Source: Centroscyllium fabricii (taxonomy: Eukaryota). Taken from it: a stretch of DNA of 64,000 nt. This document shows, in pieces, positions 1 to 13,211 of the stretch. Below the pieces are notes generated by a model, which did no database searches, was not told the origin of the DNA, and saw only the letters and a program-made list of their open reading frames with translations. The DNA is taken from contig JBNRSN020000016.1 of NCBI GenBank assembly GCA_051313645.2, positions 94,116,001 through 94,180,000 on the forward strand, written 5' to 3'. The position numbers were made by a program, and so were the translations under genes. Numbering within the stretch: the first letter of the stretch is position 1; every line of letters begins with the position of its first letter.

Positions 1-66
1 CCGGGCGCTCCGGGCCCCGGGGAGTGTTCTACCCGTGCGCTCCGGGCCCCGGGGAGTGTTCTACCC
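1..66. repeat. Tandem duplication of a ~32-bp GC-rich unit
   Basis: gcgctccgggccccggggagtgttctaccc occurs twice in tandem. Confidence 0.85.
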
Positions 67-478
67 ACTCGCTGTAAAGCATGAAAATTTATTTTTCAAA
101 AACTTAAATTTTTGTTTTAAATATTTCATTAAATGCCATTTTAATTACTTTTAAATATGGGATTATTTTTATTTATTTGATGTCTAGGTGTATTTTCTGG
201 GGTCTTCCAATTCATACTTATGGGGTTTCCACACATACGGAATACCGATAAGAATGAATGGGGATTCCCTTCTCTCATTCGTTAGGCCGGCCCACATGAT
301 CCCAGGGACGCTCGCGAACCGCCTGCACTCCGGGATACATGGGCCTCTCCCCGCCAGCACCTGGCGAGTCCCAGGACCACGAATCTCCGTACCTCCTGGA
401 CCACCAGGTAGGCGGGCAATTTATTTGTGGATCAGTGGCATTTCCCCGCGGGAAGCCTCGGACCACAAATTAAGCCCC
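1..478. mobile_element. Right part of a non-autonomous PIF/Harbinger-type MITE (cut by the window start)
   Basis: Shares internal blocks with the MITE at 23716-24441 (ggcccacatgatcccagggacgct is close to the reverse complement of agcgtccctgggatcacatgggcc). AT-rich core; ends in a TIR-like aaattaagcccc. Confidence 0.55.
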
Positions 479-1824
479 ATCAATTATCTCTGCCATTCCC
501 TCACTCTGAAGTACAAGATAGCTCTGCTAATCAGTAGGTTTTCAATCCCTTCTTCAATCTTCAGTAGTTCGGAATTTTCAATGGTCCGGCACTGGCCTGG
601 TCCCGAGGGTGCCGGATTACCGGTGCTCAACCTGTACTTGCTTCTGGGTGCATCATGTTCTCCTATCTAACATATTACAAAAATGCAAACAGGCAACTGG
701 GGATGCACAGATGTACCAGGCAACCATTACTAAACCATGTGGAATGGGAAAGAGGTCATCAAATTTGATGCTACAGGACTCTATGTTAAGAAGGTTTTAC
801 CAACATTGGTCTTAGTGTGCTGTACCACAATTATAACCAAATCAGAGCTCTAGATCTAAAATGCTGATTGCATATAATTAGAAACAGTATATTTTGTGTA
901 ATTAACCACCCAAAGCCTAACCCATCAATCTCACAGGGGAAACAACAGACATGCTTATAGTTTTAATAATGCTGTTAGATAACAAAACATAACACTCTCT
1001 CTATGCTTTTCAAAACAAATTAGTTGCATCATCCGTGTTGCATATATTTTTGCAGTTATCACAGAAATTTGTTGAACATTTTTAAAATTCAGAACCAACT
1101 ATGATGTGTGGGTTCACCAATATATTCATGTGCCTTGTCTTTTAAGGTACTCAAATGACTGTTTAAAAAGAAATGTTACCATACAAGTTTACAATAATGA
1201 TCTGTGTGCCATAATCAGCAATGTCAACTGGGATGTACAAATAAATGCTTATGTGTAATTTTGTACTTTATCATTTGCTGTGTGGAAATATACATGATCA
1301 TACTCCATAAAAACAGATCAACATAAATCATAACATCACTGTAATATAATGCAGGAAGTGTACAAGCACCATTTACTGAACCATGTACAGCTAAAGTAGT
1401 AATTTTACTTCAACCATATTTTAAACTCAAGGCAGCTCTGACTCCGAAACATATTACAGGCAGGCAGTATAGTAATCACAGTGGAGTCAGAATGTCTATT
1501 GGTCACCAGCCTATGATTTACAATATTAACCAAAAAACTTATTTTTCAGTCTAAAATCTATTTTGGCCACTTGATGTGAACCAATGAAAAATCATGGGTA
1601 TTGATGTCCTTCTGCAAGTGAATCTTGGCAATAAAGTGGCTGTGAGTAAAAAGCAGTGGAATGTTGGGAAAAGTGCCAACAGCTGAATTTTCTGTGTTTA
1701 GAGCTGCTCTGAGGACGACTGCCCCTCAAAAATCAAGAGTAAAAATGTAAGCCAAAAGTTAAGAGGGGAAAGGGGAAAGTTAATTGTTCAGGCCGGTGGA
1801 AGGAAGGAAGGAGCTTTGTGGCCC

Positions 1825-2106
1825 ATGAAATACTTTTGAAATGCAGTCACTGTTTTAATGTAAGCACCCACAGAAACCAATTTGTGCTCAGCATAATCCC
1901 ACAAACAGCAATGAGACAAATAACCCAATACAGGTTGAGCACCGGTAATCCGGCACCTTCAGTGGTCTGGCACGAATCGAAACCTGCATTGAAGTGTCAC
2001 CCTAGATTATGTACTAAATTCTCTGGAGATGGACTTCCTGACTTTCATGTTCCCATGACCTTCTAACTTAGAGGAGAGAATGTTACCACTGAGTCATGGT
2101 TGACAC
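1825..2106 (-). mobile_element. Degraded DeuSINE (SacSINE1-like) fragment
   Basis: Reverse complement resembles the copy at 13212-13640 (tRNA-like head plus ctgtttgtggga..tgctg block). Confidence 0.5.
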
Positions 2107-3007
2107 CTTAGGGGGAGATCAGAGAGCAGTGAATACTACAAAAAGAGGAAGAGGAGAAAGTCTGGGAGTGCACAGCGCATCAAAGGCTTAGAAGTCATAG
2201 CAAGCAGGACCCCAGTTAGCAGATCTATCATAATAAAGCCAAACACTTAGTCATGACAGAGGAATAATACTTGAGACGGCTCAGGCTTATCAGTGATGGT
2301 TGTGTATGAGACACAAGATCTGATTCATGCAAAGATAGTTAATCATCTGCACTGCCACTGGCCTCAGCTTTTGTGCCACAGGGGCCTTTCAGGCACCCAC
2401 AGAAGACACCTCGGCTATCAGCTGTTTTACGCATACAGTTTTACGCATACCATTCCATTAAAGGAGGCAACTGAAGCTTTGGCTGAAATTTTGCCGGTGC
2501 TCAGAGGGCGGGTTTGGAAGCGGTTCTGGACTTAAAAATCAAAATGATTGATGGCGGGTTGCGAACCCGCCGCCGTCCCACCTCCCACGCAACTTTCTAA
2601 AGTGTCGGGTCTGCAACTTCTGATCAGACCCCACGCCGAGCGGTGGGAGAGACACTTGAGCTACTACCTGTTTAATCCTGTTTTTTACAGGCTTTGTCGA
2701 TTTTGCCACATTTTCAGCCGGTTCCATGTCGTTCGGCAAACACGGCAGCTGATTGGATCAGGGATTGCAACAAGCTGAATAGTTAACAGCTGCAAATGCA
2801 GCAGAAAAGCTAACCTGCCACATCTGTTCAATTTCAGATGCCTGAACTTTCTGGTTTCAGGATTTGGAAAACATTTTTCAGGTGTATTGAGGTTGTAAGT
2901 GTTTGTTCTGAGATCCATATGCACTGTGAACTCCTTGGAATAACCTCTCCCCACATTGATTGAGCACTTATAACATCCCTTCCTCACCTGCCATATAGAC
3001 GAGTAGA

Positions 3008-4185
3008 ATGGGAACCATTTATACCCTCTCATTCCCGTCCTCAAATTTGGAGAAAGAGCAGCGGTGACAGCAGCAGAACCAGGCACAGCAGCAGCACTGA
3101 CAACAGGAGAGCCAACCTTCTCCTCACCCACCTGATGCTGCACAGGGCAGATGGCATCAGCGCAAGGCTGCACTTCAACACAGGAGATACCCCCAACACA
3201 GGGTTTACAGACAGAGGATGAGCTTCCTGAACATGAGTGAACAGCAGTGCCAAAGGAAGCGGGGACTTTCACGAGAGCTAGTCGCTGACATCTGCACAAT
3301 GCTGTACCATCACCTGCGGCCCAGAGAACGGGTGGACATTCCTTACCAGTGGCTGTCAAAGTCACCACCGTCCTCAACTTCTTTGCTTCAGCGTCCTTCC
3401 AGAGATCAGCAGCAGACATTAGCAGCATCTCCCAGTCGGCCGCACACAGTTGCATCATACAGGTTACCAATGCCCTGTTTGCCAAGTCGCACAATTATAT
3501 CCACTTCTCAACAGATGAGGCAAGTGTTACCGCACGGGCGGTTGGGTTTGCCAATCTGGCAGGCTTCCCAAAGGTGCAGGGCATCTTCGACTGCACACAT
3601 ATGGCCATCAGGGCACCCCATCACAACCCAGCTGTATTTGTGAACCGCAAAGGTTTCTACTCCCTTAACGTCCAGCTGGTGTGTAACTACAGGAAGAACA
3701 TTACGCATGTTTGCGGCAAGTTCCCTGGCAGTTGCCATGCCTTGTTCATCCTGCGGCAATCCACTGTGCCTCAGCTGTTCAATCCACCAACACAACTTCC
3801 TGGTTGGCTCCTTGGAGACAAGGGCTATCCCCTGAAGACGTGACTAATGACGTCGATGAGGAGGCCATCAAACTAAGCTGAGGAGCGCTACAATGCCAGC
3901 CATATTTCCACCAGAGGCATCATTGAGAAAATCACCGGCTTGCTCAAAATGTGATTCAGATGCCTGGACAGATCAGGTGGAGCCCTACAGTATGCACCAG
4001 CCAGAGTGTCCAGAATCATCATGGCCTGCTGTGTATTGCACAACATCGCACTGCAGCATGGCTTACCGCTGTCTGAGGAACAAGTGGCTCAATTCACAGC
4101 CTCCTCCTCCTCAGTTCCAGCAGTACGTGAGCACATTGCTGGCCGTAAGGCAAGGGATGCAATAATCCATGCTAGATTTGCTTAA
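3008..4185 (+). pseudogene. Harbinger (HARBI1-like, DDE) transposase, disrupted
   Basis: Motifs [44 protein letters not shown] and later [18 protein letters not shown]. In-frame stops (e.g. 3841, ~3875) and frameshifts. Confidence 0.88.
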
Positions 4186-4480
4186 GGTTACAAAGCAAAC
4201 ACATGTGGCTGCCACATGGAAATGAGTGTTTGCTCGACCTTCTTAACACACCATGCCCCATCTGTACAATAAACTGTGGGTTCCTATCACTCTCACCACC
4301 ATCATTACAGATAAAAGGCACCCTTACATCTCACTGTGACACTTCCATTTCTGGGCACACATAGGCCAATTCTTTGAATCTTTGCCATTGCATTTCTTTA
4401 TTACAATTGAAATAACGATGATAATCTTCACTTTGTATTACATCAAAACTCCCAAGTGACTACTCTTGTGACTTTGTGTG

Positions 4481-5994
4481 TTAACTTTCTCTTACACGTG
4501 CTTCTACGTGGTGCTTCCCCTGTGTCTTCAGCAGATGTTGAGGTATCTTGCTCACTTCCATGCTGCTCCTGCTTTGACTCCTTTGGCAGGCGTCCTCTGG
4601 GTTTGGGAGCTTGGGAGGGCTCGGCAACAGTCTGCTCCTCCTACGGCTGTGCAGGAGCTGAGATAGCCATCTCAGTTGGGTGAGGAATCTGGGGTTCTGA
4701 CCAAGGGCTCTGCAGCAGCATGTGAGTGCTTGGAGAGGAGCCCACACTTCCTTGTTGTTGACCACCAACATCTCTCTCATGGGTCAGCCGCTCTTCACTG
4801 CTACCAAGTAGCTGGAGAGCATGAGGACCCGTCCCTGTATTGGATGGCTCCACAAAAGCCTTCTCCTCCTGTGGCTGTGCAGAGGCAGAGACGGCCATCT
4901 CAGTTGGGTGAGGAATCCGGGGCTCTGACTGAGGACTCTGCAGTGGCATGGGAGGTGAGCACTTGGAGAGGAGCCCACGCCTCCTTGTTGTCCACCAACA
5001 TCCCTCTCATGGATCACCTGCACTTCACTGCTAGCAAGTAGCTGGAGAGCACCATGCTGCACATCAGTTGGGCCGTGAGGACCCATTTCTGTGCTGACGT
5101 TCCTCATAACAAGCCGTCCATAAACCACTAGTTTCTCACCTCAATAGATACCCATCTATCCTCCATAGATGACCATCTATTAAGAAATGTTACCATGTTC
5201 TCCTGAGTCTGGCAATTTATGTCCTCCATGGAAGTCGTCATCGTTTCCATGGCGGCACCTACATTCGCCATTGCGTGCACCACGGCACTGCTCATGTTTG
5301 ACATGGACTCTTTTATTCTCTGCACACTTGCAGTTACCGTGGTTGCAAACCCAGTCAGAGCATCCTGCACTTGTTCCTGAAGCTCCAGCACCACTCTCTT
5401 TCTGGATGGCCCCAGAGCTTGGAGCACCCAGCGGCATCGGACGAGGACTCTCCACTGCTGTCCCTGTCTCCACCATCTGCTGATGCTCACTTGTCAGCTG
5501 TGATACACCAGGTGACAATACTAATCTATGTCACAAAGGACCAACCAAGGTGTGCGTCTCTGCGCTGGTGCCGAGTGCACTCATTTCTGCTGATGCTGCT
5601 CGCTCAGAGGCTGCAGGTTCCTCAGAGGAGTTGTCCGGCTCTTCCTCCTGGACAGTGGGGAAGGGGGGCGCTCGATGGTCCTGTGGGGGCATAAAGGCAT
5701 GAGTTAGACATGTGATATTTAGGTAGCAGACACATCCCATTGTGCATATGATCAGAACTCAATCTCTATGAACATCAGATTCCATATCAGTCACTCATGA
5801 AATCTAAATGAAAGGGTTGCAAATCTATACTGTCACCAGCTTGCTGTACTGTGCCCATCTCTCCATCCTCCACTTCCAGCTCCTCTGCACTTCCAACAAT
5901 CTCGATAGCAGCCTCCTCAGCATTAGCTAAATGAGCCATGAAAGGTGGGCCTCCTCCTGTCCTTCCCCCCCCTCTTATTGTGGGCTCCCTTTTC
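4481..5994 (-). pseudogene. Harbinger second gene (Myb/SANT DNA-binding, NAIF1-like), spliced, 5' part missing
   Basis: Exon starting cag|GAA reads EKGAHNKRGGRTGGGPP...AEEAAIEIVG, typical of the region after the SANT domain. Coiled-coil-like ORF 5128-5490; convergent to the transposase. Confidence 0.7.
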
Positions 5995-6127
5995 CTGTGA
6001 TGAGGGACACACGTGGAGTTTCAGTGAGATTGATGGAGTGAGTGTAAAGAATCCATAGCATAGATGGAGTGAGGTGACAATATCAATGTCCCTCCCTGTG
6101 CGTCGTTAGTTGTTGTCATTGCATTGA

Positions 6128-8522
6128 GTCATAATAGCACAGAAAGAGGCCATTCGGCCCATCGAGTCCATGCCGGCTCTCTGTAGAGCAATCCAGTCAG
6201 TCCCATTCCCCTGCTCTATCCCCGTAGCCCTACACGTATATTTCAATGCCTATCCAATCTCCCCTTGAAAACATTGAGTGTCTCCGCTTCCACAACTTCC
6301 GTCGGCAGCGAGTTCCAGGACCTCACCATTCGCTGCATAAAAGTTTTTTTTCACGTCGCCCCCATATCTCTTGCCCAAAAGCTTAAATCTGTGTCCCCCA
6401 GTCCTTGTATTTATCAACTAGTGGGAACAGCCTTTCCCAGTCTAGCCTATCCAAACCCGTCATAATCTTGTACACCTCTATCTAATCACCCCTCAACCTC
6501 CTTTGCTCTAGTGAAAATAAATCCAGCTTCTCCAACCTGTCCTTGTAGCTAAGATCCCCCATCCCCGGAACCATTCTGAATAAATCTCCTCTGCACCCTC
6601 TCAAGGGCTTTCACATCCTTCCTAAAGTGTGGTGACCAGAATAAAGGTTCAGCATAACTTCTCTACTTCTGTACTCAATAACTCTATTTATGAAACCCAA
6701 GATCCCATATGCTTTGCTAACCGCTCGCTCAATATATCCTGCCACCTTCAGGGACCTATGCACATTAACTCCCAGGTCCCTCTGTCCCTGCACACTCTTT
6801 AAAACTGTGCCACTAAGTGTATATTGCCTTTCCCTGTTCCTTCTGCCAAAATGCATCACCTCATACTTCTCTGTATTAAATTCCATCTGCCACTTGTCTT
6901 CCCATTCTGCTAGCCTTTCTATGTCCTGTTGCAGTCAATTGGTATCATCCTCACTGTTTGCCACACCCCCATGTTTGGTGTCATTGGCAAATTTAGAAAT
7001 TCTACTCTGTATTCCAATATCCAGGTCATTCATATCTATCAAAAAAAGCAGTGGCCCCAGCACTGACCCTTGGGTAACATCACTGTCTACCATCTTCCAG
7101 TCTGAAAAACAGCCATTAACCACAACTCGTTGTTTTCTGTCCTTACTGACCCACCTATTCCGTGAGCTTCAATTTTGTTAAACAGCCTTCTATGTGGTAC
7201 TTTGTCAAACGCCTTCCTAAAATCCATGTAGACAACATCCATTGCATTTCCTTCATCGATCCTCCCTATTACTTCATCAAAAAATTCAATTAGGTTAGTC
7301 AAACATGATCTGCCTTTTACAAATCCATGTTAACTCTCCTTAATTAGCTTAAGCCTCTCCAAGTGCCCATTAATTTTTTCCTTGATTATTGTTTCTAAAA
7401 CTTTACCCACCACTGATGTTAAACTGACTGGCCTATAGTTACTAGGATTGTCCTTACTCCCTTTTTTGAACAATGGTGTCACATTTGCCACTTTCTAATC
7501 CTCAGGCACCTCCCCTGCATCTAGGGAAGATTGGAAAATTATGGCAAGCCTTCCACCATCTCCTCCCCCAATTCCTTTAATAATCTGGGATGCAAGCCAT
7601 CTGGACCCGGCGACTTATCCATTCTAAGCATACCCAGCCTCTCTCACACACCCTGTCTTATCAATTTTCACCCTTTCTATTGCTTCTACCTTTTTCACTG
7701 CTACCGACATTTTGTCAGCATCCACCTCCATAGTAAACACAGGTACAACGTACTCATTGAGTATTCTAGCCATGCCCTGCGCTTCTAAGCATATAACATG
7801 TTCTTTGCCGCTAATAGGCCCCACCCCGCCTCTTACTACCTGTTTACTGTTTACATGCTAGTAGAAGATTTTTGGGTTCCCTTTTATGTTAACCGCCTTT
7901 CTACTATCATATCCTCTCTTTGCCAATCTTATTTTCATCTTCACATCCCGTCTCAACTTATTGTATTTGGTCTGGTTCTCCCTTGAAGAATTCATCTGAC
8001 ATGCATCATACACCCTCTTTTTTTTCATCATCTTCTATATCTCCCCAGTCAACCAAGGAGCCCTTGCTTTGGTTCCCTTACCCTTCCCTCTTGTTGGAAT
8101 GTACCTAACCTGTACTTGGAACATCTCCTCCTTAAAGATCACCCATTGTTCCATTACAGTTTTTCCTGTCAGTCTTTAGTTCCATTTTACCCTGGCTAGA
8201 TCCCTACACATCCCACTGAGGTGAGCCCTATTCCAGTTTAAAAGTTCCACTCTAGATTGTTCCTTGCTCCTCTCCATTGCTAATCTAAATATTATGATAT
8301 GATGATCGCTCGTACCCAGTCTTCTCCCACAGACACATGGTCGACCTGGCCCACCTCATTCCCCAGCACCAGATCCAACAATGCCTCCTTCCTAGTTGTG
8401 CGAACACACTGGTCAAGGAAATTCTCCTGAACACATTTCAAAAATTCCTCCCCCTCCTTTTCCTTTACCCTAGCATTAGCCCAATCGATATTTGGGTAAT
8501 TAAAGTCTCCCAATATCACCAC
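6128..8522 (-). mobile_element. CR1-clade LINE (HER1-like) ORF2 fragment with internal deletions
   Basis: Endonuclease motif VILGDFNYPNIDW...LLDLVL; RT motifs DVVYMDFRKAFDKVPH, QGSVLGPLLF, ISKFANDTK; 3' tail near 6130. Confidence 0.93.
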
Positions 8523-8527
8523 TGTTT

Positions 8528-9404
8528 GGGGGAAAAATTTGGTTGCTTAGCACCTCCAGTCAGCGCCTCCATGGGGCGCTATGAACTTAGTGCCCAAGCG
8601 CGGCGATTTTAGTGCCGCTCGCAAAATTGGCCAGACGTTTTGCGGCAGTGATAAACACTACCGCCGCGATCTCCTGCGCCTGCAGATCATGATGTCAGTT
8701 GAGCGTGCAACACCCCGTTAGCACCCCGGTCCGGATATTGAGTCGCACCCCCTGCTAGCAATGTCAGGTAGAGGGGAACATTTTGCAGTTGGGAGGGGCT
8801 GTGGAGCGCTATTTAAAGGCGGCCGCTTCCTGCCTTTTCTTGTCAGTGAAATGTTTACACCATGCATGCTGAGAGGGAGAGAGACGTCTGGAGAGATTCA
8901 ATGCTTTGTGAAGGAGTTTTGGTTCCTCAGCAGCACTTTGCAGGTTCATTTTTATTTCACCTTCATTCCAGCGGTTTAGAAGATACAATGGGGGCTGCAC
9001 GGACTCGGGGCGTCATCCTGCACCTGCAGAATCGGAGGTAGCAGAGGTGCAGAGAGAGTGGCAAACACTGCTAGAAGGAAGAGGACCAACAGGCCTCAGC
9101 ACAGGAGACCTTACCCTCCGAGGGTATTCACAGAGCAGTTCTCATACCTCCATTTGTCTAAGGAGCAGTATTTGCGCAGGCTGCACTTCAGCAAGGAGGT
9201 GGTAACGGAGCTCTGCCACCTGCTGCAACCAGATTTGCAGCCTCAACTCAGGACCAGGCTGTCTCTGTCAGTGGCAGTGAAGGGGACAGTGGCTCTGAAT
9301 TTTTATGCCAGTGGCTCCTTTCAAGCTTCTACTGGGGACAACGCTAATATCTCCCAGTTTGCTGTCCATTGTTGTATCCGGGAGATGACAATGCCCTGTA
9401 TAAT
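8528..9404 (+). mobile_element. 5' part of a second Harbinger family: TIR, promoter region and transposase N-terminus (8988-9404)
   Basis: Starts gggggaaaaatttgg. ORF RRPYPPRVF...SKEQYLRRLHFSKEVV...VALNFYASGSFQ is a Harbinger transposase N-terminus. Homologous to 61839-62846. Confidence 0.8.
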
Positions 9405-9710
9405 AGAATCATAGAATCCCTACAGTGCAGATAGAGGCTATTTCGGGCCATCGAGCCTGCATCAACACATATCCCACCCTATCCCCGTAACCCCACATAT
9501 TCAATCCCCCTAACACTAAGGGTCAATTTATCATGGCCAATCAACCTAACCCGCACATCTTTGGACTGTGGGAGGAAACCGGAGCACCCGGAGAAAACCC
9601 ACGCAGACACAGGGAGAATGTGCAAACTCCACACAGATAGTACCCGAGGCCGGATTTGAACCCAGGCCCCTAGTGCTGTGAGGCAACAGTGCTAACCACT
9701 ATGCCACCAC
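9405..9710 (-). mobile_element. tRNA-derived V-SINE (HE1-like)
   Basis: Reverse strand: tRNA-like head ggtggcatagtggttagcactg, V-domain tgtggagtttgcacattctcc...gggtgctccggtttcctcccac, CR1-like tail. Confidence 0.9.
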
Positions 9711-10317
9711 CAAGGGTATTTTTATAATTTGCGAATGCAAATGATATATTTTTAATGAGAAAATTTCATGTGCAATGAGAATAGTTACTACTTTCATGGC
9801 CAGCAAAATTATGCTTCTCACACTCAGCACTAAGGATGCTGTGTGCAGTTATGATTTTGTTAGCATTTTATTAAAATGGTTGAAAACATGCTCTTTTTCC
9901 TTTCTTGAAGAAAGGATGTCAGTACCATATATTTATTATGGATTAAATTCCGTACATTGGGCATGTGCTTCATTGAAACCCACTATAGGTATCTTCAGTA
10001 TCTATTGTGTTTATAGGTCGTGTTGTGATAATAGTGTCAAACTTCTCTGTCACAAAATCGCTCATGTCTATTTGACACCTAATAGCTGCTATATTAACGG
10101 GAGAGTACAGCATTCTTTGATTGCTCAATCTTAGCATCAGGTTCCCACAAATTGCCCAAAAATGCTTATAGAATACTTTTCATTTGCTATTTTTCCTCCT
10201 CATTACCTGAAATGTCTAATTAATAAAAGTAAAAAATCCAAAAGTTACATATTTCACAATAATGATTTTTTTGGGGAAATGAAATTGTCTTTTGTAACTT
10301 CATTAAAGTTTTGATGT

Positions 10318-10402
10318 ACAGATAGTACCCGAGGCCGGATTTGAACCCGGGCCCCTAGCAGCTGTGAGGTAACAGTGCTAACCACTATGCCGCCATGCCG
10401 CC
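10318..10402 (-). mobile_element. HE1-like SINE head fragment
   Basis: Near-identical to 9635-9710. Confidence 0.8.
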
Positions 10403-10457
10403 ACCAGGGGTATTTTTCAGAGATAAACTGTCCCAAAAGCCCAGGCTTGGATTTGAG

Positions 10458-10587
10458 AAGGTAAAAGGGAGGGAGAGGTGGAGAGTAGAAGGGAGGGAGG
10501 GAGGAAGGGTGGAAAGTAGGGAGGATGGAAGGGTAGAAAGGTAGAAGGGAGGAAGGGAGGGGGAGGATGGAAGGGAGGGACAGAAGG
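10458..10587. repeat. Polypurine (GGA/GGAA-rich) low-complexity tract
   Basis: ~130 bp almost only G/A on the + strand. Confidence 0.85.
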
Positions 10588-10881
10588 TGACTGATCAAGA
10601 ATCATCCAATTGGGTAATGAAGAGTCTGTTTGCTTTCTAAATGGTGTCGGAAGGCAGTGCTCTGCAAGGATGGACATGTCAGGCGATCAATAGCAGGAGC
10701 ATGGAGCAGAGTGGTTGGAGGTGGGAGGTAAGCCTCCTAGAATACGTCCAACCAGAGAAGACAACCCGACTCACCACACATTCTTGGGAGAAGCGAATAT
10801 GAGTGGAGGCAGCAGCTGGTAGGTTAAGAGTGAGGAGTGCGACAGCGGAGTAAGGGGGTAAGGGTGTTTTTCCAGACTCTA

Positions 10882-13103
10882 GGGCCAGAGTTTTCCATTA
10901 AAAAACGGGTGGGTTTGGAGCATGGGGTGGGTTTGGAGTGTGGGGTCAGTTAAAGTGTTAAAAATGGTAGTCCCGACCTCATCACGCCTCCAACCCGCCC
11001 ACTTCCAGTTTTGCCGAAGGTAGGACAGGGGGCAAGAGACCAACCCACTCCCAGGGGGCGTTACCTCAATTTAAATATTGTAATAAGTCTGGAAGCCTCT
11101 TTTTCCCCAGTCCATTTTGAATCTATCTGCCTGTGGACAGGTTTCACACAATTCGTGAAACCCAGCTGTTAAACAGCAGCGGGGACTGCTGCATCCAGGA
11201 GATAAGTGGCTTTATACCTACTTCCTGGATCCAGAGATCCAGAGGCCCTACCTAACCAACCCCCACTTGATCGGAGATCCCCTCACGAGGCAAACGATCA
11301 CACTCCTAAGCCTCCCCCACCCAACCCCCTCCAAACGATGATGAGGAGGCCGGCCATGATCCTCCGGTGGCCAACCCAAATTCTCCAGCTCCCTGCCAAT
11401 CGTCCACCCCCATCCCTCAAGATCCCTGATCTCCTCCCCGCGATCCCCACTTGCATGCCGATCCCCAACCTCCCCAATCCCCGACCACTCCCAATCGCCT
11501 GCCGATCCGGACCTCCCCGATCCTGTAACCGCCCCCCCCAACCGATTCTCTCTCCCCCTCCCGCCAATTGCTGACCCCCTTACTGGTAAAATAGATGGGG
11601 GAGAGCCAGTAGATGTGGTGTACCTTGACTTCCAGAAAGCCTTCGATAAGGTCCCACATAAAAGATTAGCATGCAAAATTAAGGCTCATGGGATTGGTGG
11701 CAAAGTATTGACGTGGATAGAGAACTGGCTGGCAGATAGAAAACAGAGAGTTGGAATAAACGGCTCGTTTTCCGAGTGGCAGGCGGTGACTAGTGGGGTG
11801 CAGCAGGGATCTGTCCTGGGACCCCAGCTGTTCACAATATATATTAATGATCTGGACCAGGGAATTGGATGCAACATCTCCAAATTTTCAGATGACACTA
11901 AACTAGATGGGGGGGGTGGGCTCTGAAGAGGATGTCAGGAAGCTCCAGTGTGATTTGGACAATTTGGGGGAATGGGCAGATACATGGCAAATGCACTATA
12001 ATGTGGATAAATGTGAGGTTATCCACTTTGGGGACAAAAACAGGAGGGCAGGTTATTATTTAAATGGCAATAGATTGGGAGATGGGGAAGTGCAGAGAGA
12101 CCTGGGTGTTCTTGTGCACCAGTCACTGAGGGCGAGCATGCAGGTGCAACAGGCGGTTAAGAAGGCAAATGGTGTGTTGGCCTTCATATCAAGAGGGTTC
12201 GAGTAGAGGAATAAGGATACCTTACTACAGCTGTACAAGGCACTGGTGAGACCACACCTTGAGTACTGTGTACAGTTTTGGTCGCCTCATCTGAGGAAGG
12301 ATGTTCTTGCCATGGAAGGAGTGCAGTGGCGATTCACCAGGATAATACCTGGAATGGCAGGAATGACCTATGAGGAGAGATTGTGTAGTTTGGGCTTGTA
12401 CTCACTGGAGTTTAGAAGATTGAGAGGGGATCTCATCGAAACATATAAAATTCTGACAGGCCTGGACAGGTTAGATTCAGAAAGAATGTTTCCAATGGCG
12501 GGGGAGTCCAGAACCAGGGGCCACAGTCTAAGAATAAGGGGTAAACCATTTAGGACAGATATGAGGAAGAATTTCTTCACCCAGAGAGTGGTGAGCCTGT
12601 GGAATTCCTTGCCACAGAGGGCAGTGGAGGCCAGTTCATTAAATATATTTAAGAGGGAATTGGATATATTTCTTCAGGCTAAAGGGATCAAGGGTTACGG
12701 AGATAAGGTGGGGACGGGGTACTGAACTTGAAAGATCAGCCATGATCTCAGCCAAGGATCAGCCATGATCTCATTGAATGGCGGAGCAGGCTCGAAGGGC
12801 CGAATGGCCTACTCCTGCTCCTATCTTCTATGTTTCTATGATTCTCGATACCCCCCCGGCGATTGCCAACCACCCTCTCGCGATCCTTCTCCCGGACTGA
12901 CCCCTCGCAACTGAGGCGCACCCGCCTGCAGCCAGACAGCCTCTCAGGCTGGATGGCTGCGGGCGGGAAACTAAGGCTTCACATTCAATTTAGGCCATGC
13001 CAATAATGTCTACAGGGCCTGCGGGAAACCGGACCTCCCGGGTTTCCCACCCGCCTCGGACACCCCCGCCCCCAATCCACCTCCCCGATGAAAATTACTG
13101 CCC
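10882..13103. mobile_element. Harbinger-type non-autonomous element split by a CR1 insertion
   Basis: Imperfect termini gggccagagttttccat ... atgaaaattactgccc; C-rich interior continues on both sides of the LINE. Confidence 0.5.
11580..12840 (+). mobile_element. 5'-truncated CR1 (HER1-like) LINE: RT and 3' tail
   Basis: VYLDFQKAFDKVPH, QGSVLGPQLF, SKFSDDTKL, RPHLEYCVQFWSP, RTRGHSL; tail gaatggcctactcctgctcctatcttctatgtttctatg. Confidence 0.95.
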
Positions 13104-13211
13104 ATATCCTACTGAGAAGATCTTCGTTGACAGTGTTAATGGATAAAATTAACAAAAATAAATAAATTTGCATCTTTTGTCCTGTAGCATCTCTGATTCA
13201 CTCCATAATAG

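Larger units (their letters stand above)
2481..6125. mobile_element. Decayed autonomous PIF/Harbinger DNA transposon with convergent transposase and Myb/SANT-like genes; right end replaced by a CR1 insertion
   Basis: TIR-like start ggctgaaattttgcc; two convergent Harbinger-type genes inside. Confidence 0.8.

Noticed and set aside
3349-3843. Domesticated HARBI1 or NAIF1 host genes
   Set aside because: Multiple stops and frameshifts, TIR-like ends and several related copies indicate decayed transposons.
11206-11676. Pro/Gly-rich ORFs
   Set aside because: Products of C-rich low-complexity sequence within a non-autonomous element.
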